A stretch of DNA of 30,866 nt from Candidatus Hadarchaeota archaeon (GCA_040755315.1 JBFMBF010000014.1:1-30866), one strand, 5' to 3'. Positions 1-7,742 are shown, counted from the stretch's first letter. Translations and numbers: made by a program. The notes: generated by a model from the letters alone, not told the origin.

Positions 1-1
1 C

Positions 2-139
2 TGCCCGGCTTCCGTCGCGATAAACGAGCTCGCGGAGGTCGTCGCCGGCAAGGCCGACCTGCCGCAAGTTTCAGGGAAGCAGGCCCTGGGTGAAATAACT
101 GAGCGGCTGGTCAGGGCGCTCACCGCGCACGGCTCCTGA
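2..139 (+). CDS. 3' end of a gene entering from the left edge (…CPASVAINELAEVVAGK…AHGS*), product unknown, possibly the tail of an Fe-S protein
   Basis: Open frame from nt 2 to TGA at 137-139 with GC-rich codon third positions. The 'CPxxVxIxE' string resembles the end of 4Fe-4S dicluster domains, but only 45 aa are visible. Confidence 0.45.
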   Translation, partial: CPASVAINELAEVVAGKADLPQVSGKQALGEITERLVRALTAHGS

Positions 140-174
140 TTGTCGACATCTGGGCCGCTCGAGTTTGTGACTTC

Positions 175-516
175 CTATGGCACAAGATAGTTCAGCGCAA
201 TGGCGGCTATCGCAAACACCACTCCGGAAGCCAAAAACGCCACGCCAATGCCGTACCTTGGCAGCGTCAGGTACAGCGCTACGGCGAAGAAGACGTTTGA
301 GACCATGGCAAGAACAACGCCGCGCGTGAGGTCGACCGCAGATTCAAGCCCGCCGTGCAGCCACTGGAGGAAAATCACTCCGCTTGTTCTTATTGGGGCG
401 CCTGCTATGATGCCTCCGCTGGTCGGGCCTAGCAGCGCAGCGACCAGAAGTGCTCCTGCCACGAGCGCGCCGCCGAACAGGAAGTCAAACACGACGAATC
501 TTACGTTCACTTTCAT
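175..516 (-). CDS. Small multi-pass membrane protein, DUF3147/GlpM-like
   Basis: 113 aa, about four hydrophobic segments, 'FLFGG…GGIIAGAP' pattern typical of this family. Confidence 0.65.
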   Translation of the reverse strand: MKVNVRFVVFDFLFGGALVAGALLVAALLGPTSGGIIAGAPIRTSGVIFLQWLHGGLESAVDLTRGVVLAMVSNVFFAVALYLTLPRYGIGVAFLASGVVFAIAAIALNYLVP

Positions 517-687
517 CTATACCGCCATCTTTTGGGTTCGTACGATAAAACATTACCTTACAATCAAGACGTTGCTACAGTATAATAAAAATTATATAAC
601 TAACAATTAGAGTTACAAAAACTCCAAAATAAGTAGCCCTGCTTATAAATGTTTGGTAAAAACCCGAAAAGCTAGGGGTGTTTAACG

Positions 688-753
688 ATGGCGTCGGCAG
701 CTTATTATTATTTCGGGCAATGCCGAAACCGACTCGCCCAGTTTCTGGTTTAA
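688..753 (+). CDS. Putative 21-aa upstream micro-ORF (MASAAYYYFGQCRNRLAQFLV)
   Basis: ATG at 688 follows GGGGTG (675-680). A TATA-like CTTATAAA lies at 642-649. TAA at 751-753. Confidence 0.25.
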   Translation: MASAAYYYFGQCRNRLAQFLV

Positions 754-757
754 ACCA
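746..757. promoter_or_regulatory. Perfect 12-bp palindrome TGGTTTAAACCA containing a TATA-like TTTAAA, upstream of the 792 gene
   Basis: Self-complementary 12-mer ending 34 nt before the ATG at 792. GGTGGTGA RBS at 781-788. Confidence 0.45.
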
Positions 758-791
758 CGCGAAAAGCCGAAAGATTGCTTGGTGGTGAACA

Positions 792-1787
792 ATGAAACAC
801 AACAGTTCAGGCCTAGGGAAATCAAGATGGATAATTACAATAGTCATACTCATAATTTTATCTTTGGCCGTCACCCCGCTTTCTGCAGCCGCACCCAAGA
901 AGGAAAAAGACGGGAAGGGCAACGGAAACAAGCCCGAGGTCCCGCCAGGCCATTCAGACAACTTTCCAGGAAATGGCCAAGGACCGCCGGAGACTCCTCT
1001 AGGACAGGGAGGCCCGTCTGATCAAATCCCACAACCCGAAAACCCCCCACAAGAAAACGAGGCCCCTCAGCTGGATAACGAGCTCCCCATTTCTGAGCCA
1101 GATAATTCAGTTGAGGGGCCCAAAGATCAACCAAGTGAAGACAACACGGTTGAAGAGTCCCCCGCTGATGAGAATGTAGTTGAGGAGCCACCCGTCGAGG
1201 AGAACGTGAACGAGCCAGAACCGGAAGTGGTGCAAGAACCCGTCATTGAAGTGCAACCAGCAGTACAACCTCCGCCCGCAATTGTGCCGCCAGTGGTGCA
1301 GTATCCGATTTCATCGACGAACACTGACGAGGTTGAAATAAACTCCGCCGCGATAGACAATCTAGAAGAAGAGACTCAGGCGCAGGAAAGCCCAGCTCAG
1401 AGTCCGGCTCCCGAGCCGGTCGCGACTCCGCCAGCATTGGGAGAAGCCCAAGCGGTTTCCAACCAGGACAAGGAGTCCAGCGCTCCAGAGGCCCCGCAGG
1501 CGAGCCCGCTGGTGGTTCAGATTTCAGGCGGAACGGCAGTAGTGTTCGCAATAATGTCTGTTTTGGTGATAATCAGGACCCTCCACGGAGGGATAGTCAG
1601 ACAGACAACCCCCGTCAGGCTTGAGCAGCTGGGGTTCGTGCCAGTAACCGCCGTACACGGAGTCCTGAGAAAAGTCAAACCGGTGTCGGTCAAAGTGAAA
1701 TTTTCCCATAAAAGTAAAATGGGAAGGCGTGACATCTTGAAGATCTTGGCGGAAAATTCGAGGCCTCCTGGCCTCAGGAGGAGGTAA
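792..1787 (+). CDS. Secreted, membrane-anchored Pro/Glu/Gln-rich low-complexity surface protein
   Basis: N-terminal basic plus hydrophobic signal peptide, a G/N/P-rich 'PPGH' segment, a long acidic P/E-rich stalk, one TM helix (GGTAVVFAIMSVLVII) and a basic cytoplasmic tail. GGTGA RBS. Confidence 0.8.
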   Translation: MKHNSSGLGKSRWIITIVILIILSLAVTPLSAAAPKKEKDGKGNGNKPEVPPGHSDNFPGNGQGPPETPLGQGGPSDQIPQPENPPQENEAPQLDNELPISEPDNSVEGPKDQPSEDNTVEESPADENVVEEPPVEENVNEPEPEVVQEPVIEVQPAVQPPPAIVPPVVQYPISSTNTDEVEINSAAIDNLEEETQAQESPAQSPAPEPVATPPALGEAQAVSNQDKESSAPEAPQASPLVVQISGGTAVVFAIMSVLVIIRTLHGGIVRQTTPVRLEQLGFVPVTAVHGVLRKVKPVSVKVKFSHKSKMGRRDILKILAENSRPPGLRRR

Positions 1788-1789
1788 AA

Positions 1790-1927
1790 ATGGAGGCAGT
1801 CCTTAGAGAAGTGCCCACCGTGTGCAGCGGCTGTGGATTGTACTACATGTATCCTGACGCCTTGGACTACGAACACAATCCATGCCCGCGTTGCAAGTGC
1901 GGCAACAACGGTAAAAATCATGAATAG
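1790..1927 (+). CDS. 45-aa zinc-finger micro-protein (CSGC…CPRC), absent from the ORF track
   Basis: MEAVLREVPTVCSGCGLYYMYPDALDYEHNPCPRCKCGNNGKNHE*. A strong GGAGGAGGT RBS overlaps the end of the upstream gene, and the ATG is 2 nt after its stop. Confidence 0.65.
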   Translation: MEAVLREVPTVCSGCGLYYMYPDALDYEHNPCPRCKCGNNGKNHE

Positions 1928-1942
1928 AAAACGGTGAGAAAA

Positions 1943-2065
1943 ATGAGAGTATGGATTCCAAAGTGGGCGGTTGAGGTAGCCGACGGCGAACTCAACAGGC
2001 TCATGCGGGTCGTGGCCGTTAGGCACAGGCCGCAAAAGCGCGTGACATGGCTCTGCGCGTCGTAG
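1943..2065 (+). CDS. 40-aa hypothetical micro-protein (MRVWIPKWAVEVADGELNRLMRVVAVRHRPQKRVTWLCAS)
   Basis: GGTGA RBS at 1933-1937. Fills the gap between the zinc-finger ORF and the thi4 promoter. Confidence 0.45.
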   Translation: MRVWIPKWAVEVADGELNRLMRVVAVRHRPQKRVTWLCAS

Positions 2066-2180
2066 GGTATTTGCGTAGCATGGCGGAATGCCAGCGCCCT
2101 GGTGACAGTGCAGGCGGGCCGGAGGCATAGGTAGGGAGTTGTATATTTATAACCAAATCGCACAACCCAATGGGGATGCC

Positions 2181-2966
2181 ATGACAACGTTTCAACCTGC
2201 AGGAGAAAAGGAGGTCACGCGGGCCATAGTAGAAAGTTTCATGCAGGACTTTCAGAAATACGCAGAGAGCGACGTCATCATAGTTGGCGGTGGCCCCAGC
2301 GGTTTGATGGCGGCGAAGGGCCTGGCCGAACGCGGGGTGAAAGTGCTGATAATAGAGCGCAACAACTACCTTGGCGGAGGTTTCTGGATTGGAGGATTCC
2401 TGCTGAACCCTGTAACAGTTCGAGCGCCAGGACATAAAATCTTGCAGGATTTGGGCGTGCCGCTAAAAGAACACTCGAAAGGACTTTATGTGGCGAGCGG
2501 CCCCCACGCCTGCTCAAAACTAATCGCCGCCGCCTGCGATTCCGGCGCCAAGATTTTGAACATGTCTTTGATAGACGACGTCATGCTTCGGGAAAAGCGG
2601 GTTGCCGGTGTCGTGGTCAACTGGACCCCGGTGTCGGCTCTGCCGCGGGAAATTACATGCGTGGATCCGATTGGACTTGAATCAAAGCTGGTAATAGACG
2701 CAACCGGCCACGACGCAGCTGTTGTGCGCCAGCTGGAGAGACGCGGACTTTTGAAGGTTCCCGGTTATGGGGCCATGTGGGTCGAGCGCTCGGAGGATCT
2801 GGTGGTCGAGCACACCGGCGAAGTCTATCCAGGGCTCATCGTCACGGGGATGGCGGTTTCAACGGCGTACGGCCTGCCAAGAATGGGTCCGACGTTTGGG
2901 GCGATGGTACTGAGCGGCAAGAAGGCGGCGGATGTAGCCTATGAAAAGCTACGCGACGCCAAGTGA
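2181..2966 (+). CDS. thi4: Thiamine thiazole synthase Thi4 (Cys-type)
   Basis: GGGPSG dinucleotide-binding motif, 'LGGGFWIGG', 'TCVDP', 'DATGHDA', '[10 protein letters not shown]'. Start set at ATG 2181 after GGGGAT. TATA-like TTTATAA at about 2146-2152. Confidence 0.95.
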   Translation: MTTFQPAGEKEVTRAIVESFMQDFQKYAESDVIIVGGGPSGLMAAKGLAERGVKVLIIERNNYLGGGFWIGGFLLNPVTVRAPGHKILQDLGVPLKEHSKGLYVASGPHACSKLIAAACDSGAKILNMSLIDDVMLREKRVAGVVVNWTPVSALPREITCVDPIGLESKLVIDATGHDAAVVRQLERRGLLKVPGYGAMWVERSEDLVVEHTGEVYPGLIVTGMAVSTAYGLPRMGPTFGAMVLSGKKAADVAYEKLRDAK

Positions 2967-3753
2967 CCGTCTGCCAAAAATCCATCTTTACGGCGACCCC
3001 TCCGCAAAGACCTTGGACCTCCGCAGGATAACCAGCTACTTCGAATCCATGTTCGGAAAGATTTCAGTCGACATCCGACCACCATTGCTAGTCCGGACAG
3101 CAGGAGTTGAGCATATCGCGCGGGATTTGGCGTCCACAAAAGTCAGAGACCTGCTGAGGGCCGATTTTGAGACGGATACCCTTCCCGGCGAGATAGATTT
3201 CGAACGTAGGCTCATATCCAACCCAGCTTTGAGAATTCTTGGAGTCGTTTATGATGGATACAAGCTACAAGCGGTGCTGCGAAAGCTCTTACCAGAAGAA
3301 GAGCTCGATGCCGGCCACGTGCACATAGTTTTCACAAACCGCCTATTTGTGACTTGGGATGAGAGCGACGGCAGGCACCACGCGCGCGTGAGCGTTTACG
3401 GATTCCCATCCATTATTTCGACAACGGGAATAGTTGAGGCGCCAGCGAGGCCCAAAGAGTACTACATGCTCAAGCAGGGTTACGCGGCCCTCGGCGCGAC
3501 TGTCCCCGCCGCCGAGCTGGCAAAGTTCCGCGCCAGGTTCATCGACTACGATGACGCGCGCCTGACCGAGGTCATGAAAGGCTACGCCGCGCAGGCCCTT
3601 TTTTACCATATTTTCGGAGAGCCGTTCTGCGAGGATAAAAAGTGCCGGCTTTTCAATTCCCACTGGCAGGAGGAGGTTCTCGAGTCGCAGCTGGGGAAGC
3701 AGGAGTTTTGCGCGAGGCACGCAAAGATGCTGGGTGAGCTCAAGCATCCGTGA
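2941..3753 (+). CDS. Conserved archaeal hypothetical protein, putative metallopeptidase-like (DUF6775-like)
   Basis: 'HIVFTNRL…RHHAR…[19 protein letters not shown]' and a C-terminal 'FC…[11 protein letters not shown]…FC..H' Cys/His cluster. Start uncertain; overlaps the thi4 end. Confidence 0.65.
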   Translation: MKSYATPSDRLPKIHLYGDPSAKTLDLRRITSYFESMFGKISVDIRPPLLVRTAGVEHIARDLASTKVRDLLRADFETDTLPGEIDFERRLISNPALRILGVVYDGYKLQAVLRKLLPEEELDAGHVHIVFTNRLFVTWDESDGRHHARVSVYGFPSIISTTGIVEAPARPKEYYMLKQGYAALGATVPAAELAKFRARFIDYDDARLTEVMKGYAAQALFYHIFGEPFCEDKKCRLFNSHWQEEVLESQLGKQEFCARHAKMLGELKHP

Positions 3754-3767
3754 AATGGTTAATGTGG

Positions 3768-4061
3768 CTACTTTTCTTTGCTGCCGACAGACGCGCCCTT
3801 CAGCTCGATGCTTAGTTTCTTCAGTTTCAAGAGGCGGTTTACATCCTCTTCATCCATATCCTCCAGAGTCTCGCTAGCGAACCAAAGCTTGGACCTTCCC
3901 ACCTGCCGGTACCTGAGTAGTCCCTGAACGTTTAGCACTTCCAGCCACTTGATCACGGTCGGGTAGCTCAACCCCGTGCCCTCCTGAATCTCGCGCGTAG
4001 TCACCCCAATTTTTGATGAAACAACCGCGTTGAACACTTTGGCCGATTTTTCACTTGACAT
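3768..4061 (-). CDS. Winged helix-turn-helix DNA-binding protein
   Basis: 'TTREIQEGTGLSYPTVIKWLEVL…G.L.YRQVGRSKLW' HTH plus wing. Confidence 0.8.
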   Translation of the reverse strand: MSSEKSAKVFNAVVSSKIGVTTREIQEGTGLSYPTVIKWLEVLNVQGLLRYRQVGRSKLWFASETLEDMDEEDVNRLLKLKKLSIELKGASVGSKEK

Positions 4062-4092
4062 TTCAAACCCCGCTGTTTCTGTTAATCATATT

Positions 4093-5487
4093 TCACAATT
4101 CCACGTTAAAGCCCACGTTCACACGGGATGTTCTGCCCGGCATTATGACGCGGACGGTGTCGCAAGCCGCGAACGGCACGGCAGTCCCTTTCAGCACGAT
4201 ATTCCCAGTCACCTGCAGTTTGACTTCGGCAGGTCTCGCCTCGCTTTTTAGCAGGTTTACTAGCTCTCTCCTGTCGAACTTTGTCATCAGCACTCCGTCA
4301 TCAATAGAACCGCGGGCAGCCTTAATTTCGTGTTCTTTGTACTCTAATTTGACGGTGCCGATGTCTATGTCTTTTACTTTCAGGCCGGAAGATAGCTCAA
4401 TATATCCAGTTATCCACTTGCCGTTGCTCTTCAGGTTCAGGGTGTCCGGGTCAAGATCTACTTTGATGGTGCCAACCTTGCCAGATGAACTGCCTGTGCT
4501 CAGCAGGTATTCCCCGTCGCCTTCGAACGAGGCGGTGACCGTCACGTCAGTAGCAGAGCCGACTTTTGGAGCAGTGTAAGTTATTGAAACCTGTCCAGAG
4601 TCGTCGGTTGTTTCACTGGCCGCGATAATACTTCCCACTGTAGCCGTCCAATTTACCTTCATGCTTGGGAGGGGGGAGCCCTCCGAGGAAAGTGTGGCGG
4701 TCAACACAATGGATCCATCGGAGGATACAATGAAATTTTCCGGTGAAATGGCTATGCTCGTGGGTTTTTCAGGCGCCCCCGGCACACTTACAATTAAATC
4801 GTCATATAACGTGTCCGCCTCGTAGCTGATCATGGCAATCCCTCCGGCGGGAAGGCGCGAGATTTTCTCGTCGGTCACGTCTGCCCAGAGTGTCCCATCA
4901 ATCCAGATTTTTGCATTGTTTCCCGATATTTCGCCCTTGATAGTGTGCCACGCATTGTAGTAGGGGGGCAGCGAAGAATCAGTTTTATACTCATACACCT
5001 CACGAGCACCGTCGCCGTCATCGTCGGTCACGAGTCTGAGAGAATACGGTTTTCCATAGGTTCCGCCCATCCAGATTCCAAGGCCTTTCCATGCAGTGAG
5101 ATTGGCGTAACCGCCTCCAACTTCTGGGAAGCCGCTTGCTCTGAATAGAATAATGACGGTTGAATGCCGCCAGTAGTTCACGGAGTTGAACCGAACCGAG
5201 GCCGAGTGATTTGTCCAAGCGTCCGCACGCCAAACAAATGTGCTCAAGCCCCATCCACCGGCCTGCATATCAACGAAGAGCTTGCCATTAATTACTGAGA
5301 GCGTTGGTGAGAAATAGGGACTGTCCCAAGCCATTTTCCAACCCTGCTGCTCAAGCGAAGCCCATGTTTCCCCTTCAAAATCTTCGGACAACACAATCTG
5401 CTCCAATCCCGATACAGCCGTTGGCAAAGCCAGCAACATGGCAAATGCGCCAATGACCACTATCGCCGTCTGGATGGTTTTCCTCAT
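4093..5487 (-). CDS. Secreted multidomain protein: ConA/LamG (DUF1080)-like beta-sandwich, Ig/invasin-like domain and a C-terminal beta domain
   Basis: Signal peptide (MRKTIQTAIVVIGAFAMLLAL), lectin-like 'SEDFE…WHTIK…AKIWIDG…GGIAM…YDDL', Ig-like 'TTDDSGQVSITYTAP', C-terminal 'DLDPDTLNLKSNGKWITGYIEL' module. Start set at ATG 5487. Confidence 0.75.
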   Translation of the reverse strand: MRKTIQTAIVVIGAFAMLLALPTAVSGLEQIVLSEDFEGETWASLEQQGWKMAWDSPYFSPTLSVINGKLFVDMQAGGWGLSTFVWRADAWTNHSASVRFNSVNYWRHSTVIILFRASGFPEVGGGYANLTAWKGLGIWMGGTYGKPYSLRLVTDDDGDGAREVYEYKTDSSLPPYYNAWHTIKGEISGNNAKIWIDGTLWADVTDEKISRLPAGGIAMISYEADTLYDDLIVSVPGAPEKPTSIAISPENFIVSSDGSIVLTATLSSEGSPLPSMKVNWTATVGSIIAASETTDDSGQVSITYTAPKVGSATDVTVTASFEGDGEYLLSTGSSSGKVGTIKVDLDPDTLNLKSNGKWITGYIELSSGLKVKDIDIGTVKLEYKEHEIKAARGSIDDGVLMTKFDRRELVNLLKSEARPAEVKLQVTGNIVLKGTAVPFAACDTVRVIMPGRTSRVNVGFNVEL

Positions 5488-5571
5488 TGCTGGACCCCCC
5501 AAATTTATTTTAGTTTTCTTTAAGAATAAGATTAACTTATTTTGACTTAATTATTTAATAATATTATAAAA

Positions 5572-6237
5572 CTATGCGATTTTTTCCAAGTATCTCTGAA
5601 AATCCTCGTCGAATGTTAGGACTTCCAGCGATTTTTTCAGCGCTTTTGAGACAAAGTCGGCAATGTTAAGCCTTTCCAGCATAGAGTCCACAATTGTTGA
5701 ATCTGCCCTAGTGCGGGGATGTTTAGGCGTGGCATAGCAGCACCCCGCGTGCACCTCATGCCAGAGTCCAAGTTTTTTTGAGAGGCGCTCGATTTCAATT
5801 TTGTCAAATCCAAGCAGCGGGCGGATAATTGGGAATTTTATTCCTGCAGAAGTGGCGCCAAGGTTGGCCAGCGTTTGGGACGCTTTCTGCCCCAGAGACT
5901 CCCCAGTCACTATTCCAGAGGCTCCTTCTCGCTCGCACAGCAGTTCTGCCGCTCGGAACATGCTTTTCCTGCATGCCAAGCAAGCGTAGTTCTTTTCTCG
6001 GTCGCCAAGAATTGTTTTGAGGATTTTTGACCAGGGGAGAGTGATGGCTTTTTCAAACCCTATAATTTCTTTTAGCTCCTTCAGCGTCCGCATGGCAATC
6101 AAAAAGTTTTCCTCACAGGTGTAGGGGTAAAGGCAGAAGTGTAACGGAAGGACTTCGAACCTTCTGGCCGCCATAGCACAAGCCACGGGCGAGTCTATAC
6201 CGCCAGAAACCAAACAAACGATTTTTTCTCTATTCAT
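5572..6237 (-). CDS. ThiI-family PP-loop sulfurtransferase catalytic domain, without THUMP/NFLD domains
   Basis: SGGIDS PP-loop, 'VTGESLGQKASQTLANL', 'RPLLGFDK.EI', CxxC plus 'GCC' Cys set, 'PKHPRT'. Only 221 aa. Confidence 0.85.
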   Translation of the reverse strand: MNREKIVCLVSGGIDSPVACAMAARRFEVLPLHFCLYPYTCEENFLIAMRTLKELKEIIGFEKAITLPWSKILKTILGDREKNYACLACRKSMFRAAELLCEREGASGIVTGESLGQKASQTLANLGATSAGIKFPIIRPLLGFDKIEIERLSKKLGLWHEVHAGCCYATPKHPRTRADSTIVDSMLERLNIADFVSKALKKSLEVLTFDEDFQRYLEKIA

Positions 6238-6273
6238 GTGTCTTCCTTTCCTTGCATGGGCAATTTTTATTAG

Positions 6274-6288
6274 ATAACGGCGTTATAA
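6274..6288. promoter_or_regulatory. Palindromic operator candidate ATAAC-GGC-GTTAT(AA) between the thiI-like gene and tRNA-Cys
   Basis: Perfect 5-3-5 inverted repeat. 14/15 identical to the site at 7717-7731. Confidence 0.6.
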
Positions 6289-6298
6289 GAGAAACGGT

Positions 6299-6374
6299 GC
6301 CGGGGTAGCCAAGCGGTTAAGGCGGTGGGCTGCAGACCCGCTATTCGCCGGTTCAAATCCGGCCCCCGGCTCCA
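6299..6374 (+). tRNA. tRNA-Cys (GCA), no intron, CCA encoded
   Basis: Acceptor stem GCCGGGG/CCCCGGC, anticodon arm GTGGG-CT-GCA-GA-CCCGC, T-arm GCCGG-TTCAAAT-CCGGC, U discriminator followed by CCA. Confidence 0.97.
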
Positions 6375-6423
6375 ACACACAAAAAACAGCGCGCCCTGGC
6401 AAGTACATGATTGGTAATAAAAC

Positions 6424-6678
6424 TCACTTCCGTATCCCAACGATTTTTCGCCTAGATTTCACACCAGAAACTATCCTGACATTGGAAGACGGAATTCCGA
6501 AGTGTTTGGCCAGCTTTTTGACGAGTTCTAAATTTGCCTTGCCCCTCTCGGGTCTGGAGGTCAAGCCGATAATTATCCTGTTTTCTTTAACACTCAAAAA
6601 ATCTTGGTGGAACTTAACCTCGACTTCGTACTTCACTTCTTTCTCTGGACCCCCCGTCAAAATCTTTACAGCGCTCAT
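6424..6678 (-). CDS. DUF167/YggU family protein
   Basis: 'PERGKANLELVKKLAKHFGIP.S.V.IVSG.KSRRK' signature. Confidence 0.9.
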   Translation of the reverse strand: MSAVKILTGGPEKEVKYEVEVKFHQDFLSVKENRIIIGLTSRPERGKANLELVKKLAKHFGIPSSNVRIVSGVKSRRKIVGIRK

Positions 6679-6897
6679 ACTTCTGAAGTTTCATACACAT
6701 TCCCATTGAAATATTTTTGCAATGCTTTTTTCGAGCCTTTATCTCGCGTCATGGTGGATAAATCTTGATTTTAGGTTAATCTACACAGAAATGCTCTACA
6801 CCCCGCAAACTATGCCTTGTTTTATAGAAATAAAAAACTTCTTTAGCAAGGCCGCAGACAATACTGTGATGTTTGCCCACGGTCTGAGGCATGAATC

Positions 6898-7350
6898 ATG
6901 AAGCTGCTGTGCATACACGCGAGCTACTTCAACTACCAAGTGAAGGAAAAGGCCAAGGCGGCCGAGGAGATCACGCCGGATCAGAAGGCGGGCGGGATGA
7001 GGGATCCGCTAATAGTTTTTGCGTCAGCAGAAAAGACAGATGATAAGCCGTCGGAAGCCTGCACCGTTAGGCCGGGGGACGTTATTGAGAACACGTTGAC
7101 GGAAATCAAGCTCATAGCATCGAAGGTCAAGACAAAAAATATAGTTCTGTTCCCGTTCGCTCATCTTTCCACAGAGCTTGCTACTCCTGAGGCCGCGATT
7201 CAAATCCTGAAGTGCGTCGCGTGCAAGCTTGAGGAGGAAAACTACCGCGTGCTCAGGGTCCCCTTCGGCTGGTACAAAGCTTTTGAATTCAAAAGCAAGG
7301 GGCACCCGCTGGCGGTGTTATCCAGATCTTTTCCCAGAAAAGCAGACTGA
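6898..7350 (+). CDS. Free-standing archaeal-type threonyl-tRNA synthetase editing domain (DTD-like fold)
   Basis: 'MKLL.IH', 'LFPFAHLS', 'RVPFGWYKAF…KGHPLA.LSR' motifs. 150 aa with no catalytic or anticodon-binding domain. Confidence 0.9.
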   Translation: MKLLCIHASYFNYQVKEKAKAAEEITPDQKAGGMRDPLIVFASAEKTDDKPSEACTVRPGDVIENTLTEIKLIASKVKTKNIVLFPFAHLSTELATPEAAIQILKCVACKLEEENYRVLRVPFGWYKAFEFKSKGHPLAVLSRSFPRKAD

Positions 7351-7710
7351 GCATCCCTCTCTTTGAAGGTAGGGCGCGGTTTTGAAGTGAAGCAAGCAAA
7401 GTATCTGTTTTTTGCTCAGCGACCTGCATATCCCGCAGTACGATGCAATCATCTGCTTGTGATTGAGATTTCTGTTGGATATTTCACATGCAAATTCTCC
7501 AACCCGCTTTTCCAAGCTTTTTATAACTGGGCTTTTCTGCCTGACTCCGCGCGCCATGCGCAGGTAGTGGCTCACGGCCGGCTGCGTTATACCAAGCCTG
7601 CGCGCGACTTCAACTTGGTTCATTTGATGGCGCTCTGTCAGTTCTCTGACCAGCATTGCCCTCATGGCCGGCAGGACTTCTTTGACCACAACTTCACAGG
7701 GAGGCCTCAT
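7318..7710 (-). CDS. HTH transcriptional regulator (COG2522-like) with a C-terminal Cys/His cluster
   Basis: 'MRPPCE…VLPAMRA…NQ.EVARRLGITQPAVSHYL' HTH. C-terminal CGIC…CLLH…CSVC. Confidence 0.85.
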   Translation of the reverse strand: MRPPCEVVVKEVLPAMRAMLVRELTERHQMNQVEVARRLGITQPAVSHYLRMARGVRQKSPVIKSLEKRVGEFACEISNRNLNHKQMIASYCGICRSLSKKQILCLLHFKTAPYLQREGCSVCFSGKRSG

Positions 7711-7716
7711 TTCATC

Positions 7717-7731
7717 ATAACAGCGTTATAA
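7717..7731. promoter_or_regulatory. Palindromic operator candidate ATAAC-AGC-GTTAT(AA), just upstream of the HTH regulator start
   Basis: Perfect 5-3-5 inverted repeat 6 nt from the start codon. Near-identical copy at 6274-6288. Confidence 0.6.
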
Positions 7732-7742
7732 CTGCTTCCCTT

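Noticed and set aside
2066..2180. TPP riboswitch or a copy of the ATAAC-n3-GTTAT operator upstream of thi4
   Set aside because: No CTGAGA TPP core is present. Only a half-site (TATAAC) overlaps the TATA box, in an imperfect repeat.
5503..5571. Very AT-rich tract as an origin or foreign DNA
   Set aside because: It is short and explained by the thiI-like terminator plus the promoter of the secreted protein. No ORB repeats or cdc6 gene are nearby.
6299..6420. tRNA-Cys as the attachment site of an integrated element
   Set aside because: I found no duplicate of the tRNA 3' end and no integrase or transposase in the window; the flanking genes look chromosomal.
6675..6752. 25-aa minus-strand ORF (MTRDKGSKKALQKYFNGNVYETSEV) overlapping the DUF167 start by ATGA
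   Set aside because: No RBS, no recognisable motif, and too short to support.
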